A stretch of 64,000 bases of DNA from Malacoraja senta (Eukaryota), in the NCBI GenBank assembly GCA_038087875.1, contig JAXLNO010000645.1, positions 186,001 through 250,000 of the forward strand, written 5' to 3'. Each line of letters begins with the position of its first letter. Within the stretch, counting starts at the first letter, position 1. Below, one piece after another: positions 63,018 to 64,000 of this stretch. The position numbers and the translations under genes were made by a program. The notes under the pieces are model-generated. The model made no database searches. It saw only the letters and a list, made by a program, of their open reading frames with translations, and had not been told where the DNA came from.

Positions 63018-63291
63018 CACCCATGAGTACCCACTGACAGCAGCTTCTTTCTTCATTTGAAACCTCTCCTTCATAGGGTCCAAAATGAACGCCCCTGGGA
63101 ATAACCTTCCCTTCATTCAGAACGCCAAGACCAGCTTTACGAATTCTGGACGTGGCAATCCTGAGACCCTCTAGAAGAGTTAATCGTGTTCTAACTGGGT
63201 GATTGGAATCAACGACAGTGTCCTTCATAAAGACTGGTGGGCCATGCACAGGGCATTCTTCAATAAAAAAAATTCTCGCAGGGTTCACAAA
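63018..63291 (-). pseudogene. PRDM9: PRDM9-like exon: zinc knuckle and first part of PR/SET
   Basis: CEPCENFF/IEECPVHGPPVFMKDT...AGLGVLNEGKVIPRGVHFGPYEGEVSNEE/EAAVSGYSWV|gtaagt. +1 T in a T8 run, +1 A near the end, and no AG at the expected acceptor. Confidence 0.9.
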
Positions 63292-63784
63292 AATTAAGAA
63301 CTGATCAGGGTTTTGGCATTACTGAAAGTGGCTGGACTTTGTACTGAAAATGCTCAATGATCCACAAAAGATGTTATCTTTTTAGAAGTATATCAGAAAA
63401 TCATATTACGATGATGCAGATGCTGTGCAGAAGATTACTCTTCTGAGGAAGCATTCAAAATGTGAGAGGTTAATAGTGGCCAATTTGTAAAGAATCCCTT
63501 CATGATGTTTGTCTGTCACCATGAATATCTTGGGGGTAAGATGCCGCTATTTAATTCCAAATGACAGCTGTGTTGACCTGTACTGATATTTATAAACATC
63601 AAGAGAAAAATCCTGACCACAGAGTATAATTTTAAATATAGTAATAACAAGCATGATGTAATGTAGAGAGTATGTTTGACGGTAACATGGGTACATGGTG
63701 TCAACTCCCAGAAATGTGTGTTGAAGGATAAAAGTCTATTATGTGAACTAATGAAGCATTTGTAACCAGGCAGATGAATTAAGA

Positions 63785-64000
63785 CCATAGACATAGACAA
63801 TAGGTGCAGGAGTAGGCCATTTGGCCCTTCGAGACATTCAATGTGATCAAGGGTGATCATCCACAATCACTACCCCGTTCCCGCCTTCTCCCCGTATCCT
63901 TTGACTCCACTAACGCTAAGAGCTCTATTTAACTCTCTCTTGAATGCATCCAGTGAATCGCCCGCCACTGCCTTCTGAGGAAGGGAATTCCATAAATTCA
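63785..64000 (-). mobile_element. CR1 3' end
   Basis: Reverse complement of the CR1 tail (ggcctactcctgcacc, NLWNS-like motif). Confidence 0.8.

Larger units (their letters stand above)
57608..63291 (-). pseudogene. PRDM9: PRDM9/PRDM7-type pseudogene segment (zinc knuckle + PR/SET, 3 exons); 5' exons would lie beyond the window
   Basis: Exons 63018-63291, 58836-58903 and 57608-57790 reproduce the PRDM9 PR/SET motifs and exon phases. Three frameshifts and a lost acceptor. Confidence 0.85.

Overview
Eukaryotic, repeat-rich vertebrate DNA, probably from a cartilaginous fish such as a skate or ray (inferred from HE1-type V-SINEs, CR1/HER1-type LINEs and Penelope-type repeats). I found no intact host gene. 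The minus strand carries two decayed, intron-containing gene copies. One is a PRDM9-type zinc-knuckle and PR/SET segment (3 exons, 57608-63291) with frameshifts and no visible zinc-finger exon. The other is a GOLGB1/giantin copy (about 2560-51032) with stops, frameshifts, missing exons and one triplicated exon. The introns hold a layered transposon record: a Vingi/Ingi-like LINE, a Gypsy remnant, two CR1-in-CR1 nests, a near-intact full-length L1 with a 13-bp TSD, L2, Rex1/Babar, Penelope pieces with hammerhead-ribozyme motifs, non-autonomous Helitrons carrying minisatellites, Harbinger-type MITEs and a hAT fragment. The most notable items are the hammerhead-bearing Penelope-type direct repeats (retrozyme-like), the PRDM9 pseudogene, and a tandem triplication that preserves both empty and filled insertion sites. 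Protein similarities are from my recall of the families, not from database searches, and repeat boundaries are approximate unless a TSD or splice site is quoted.
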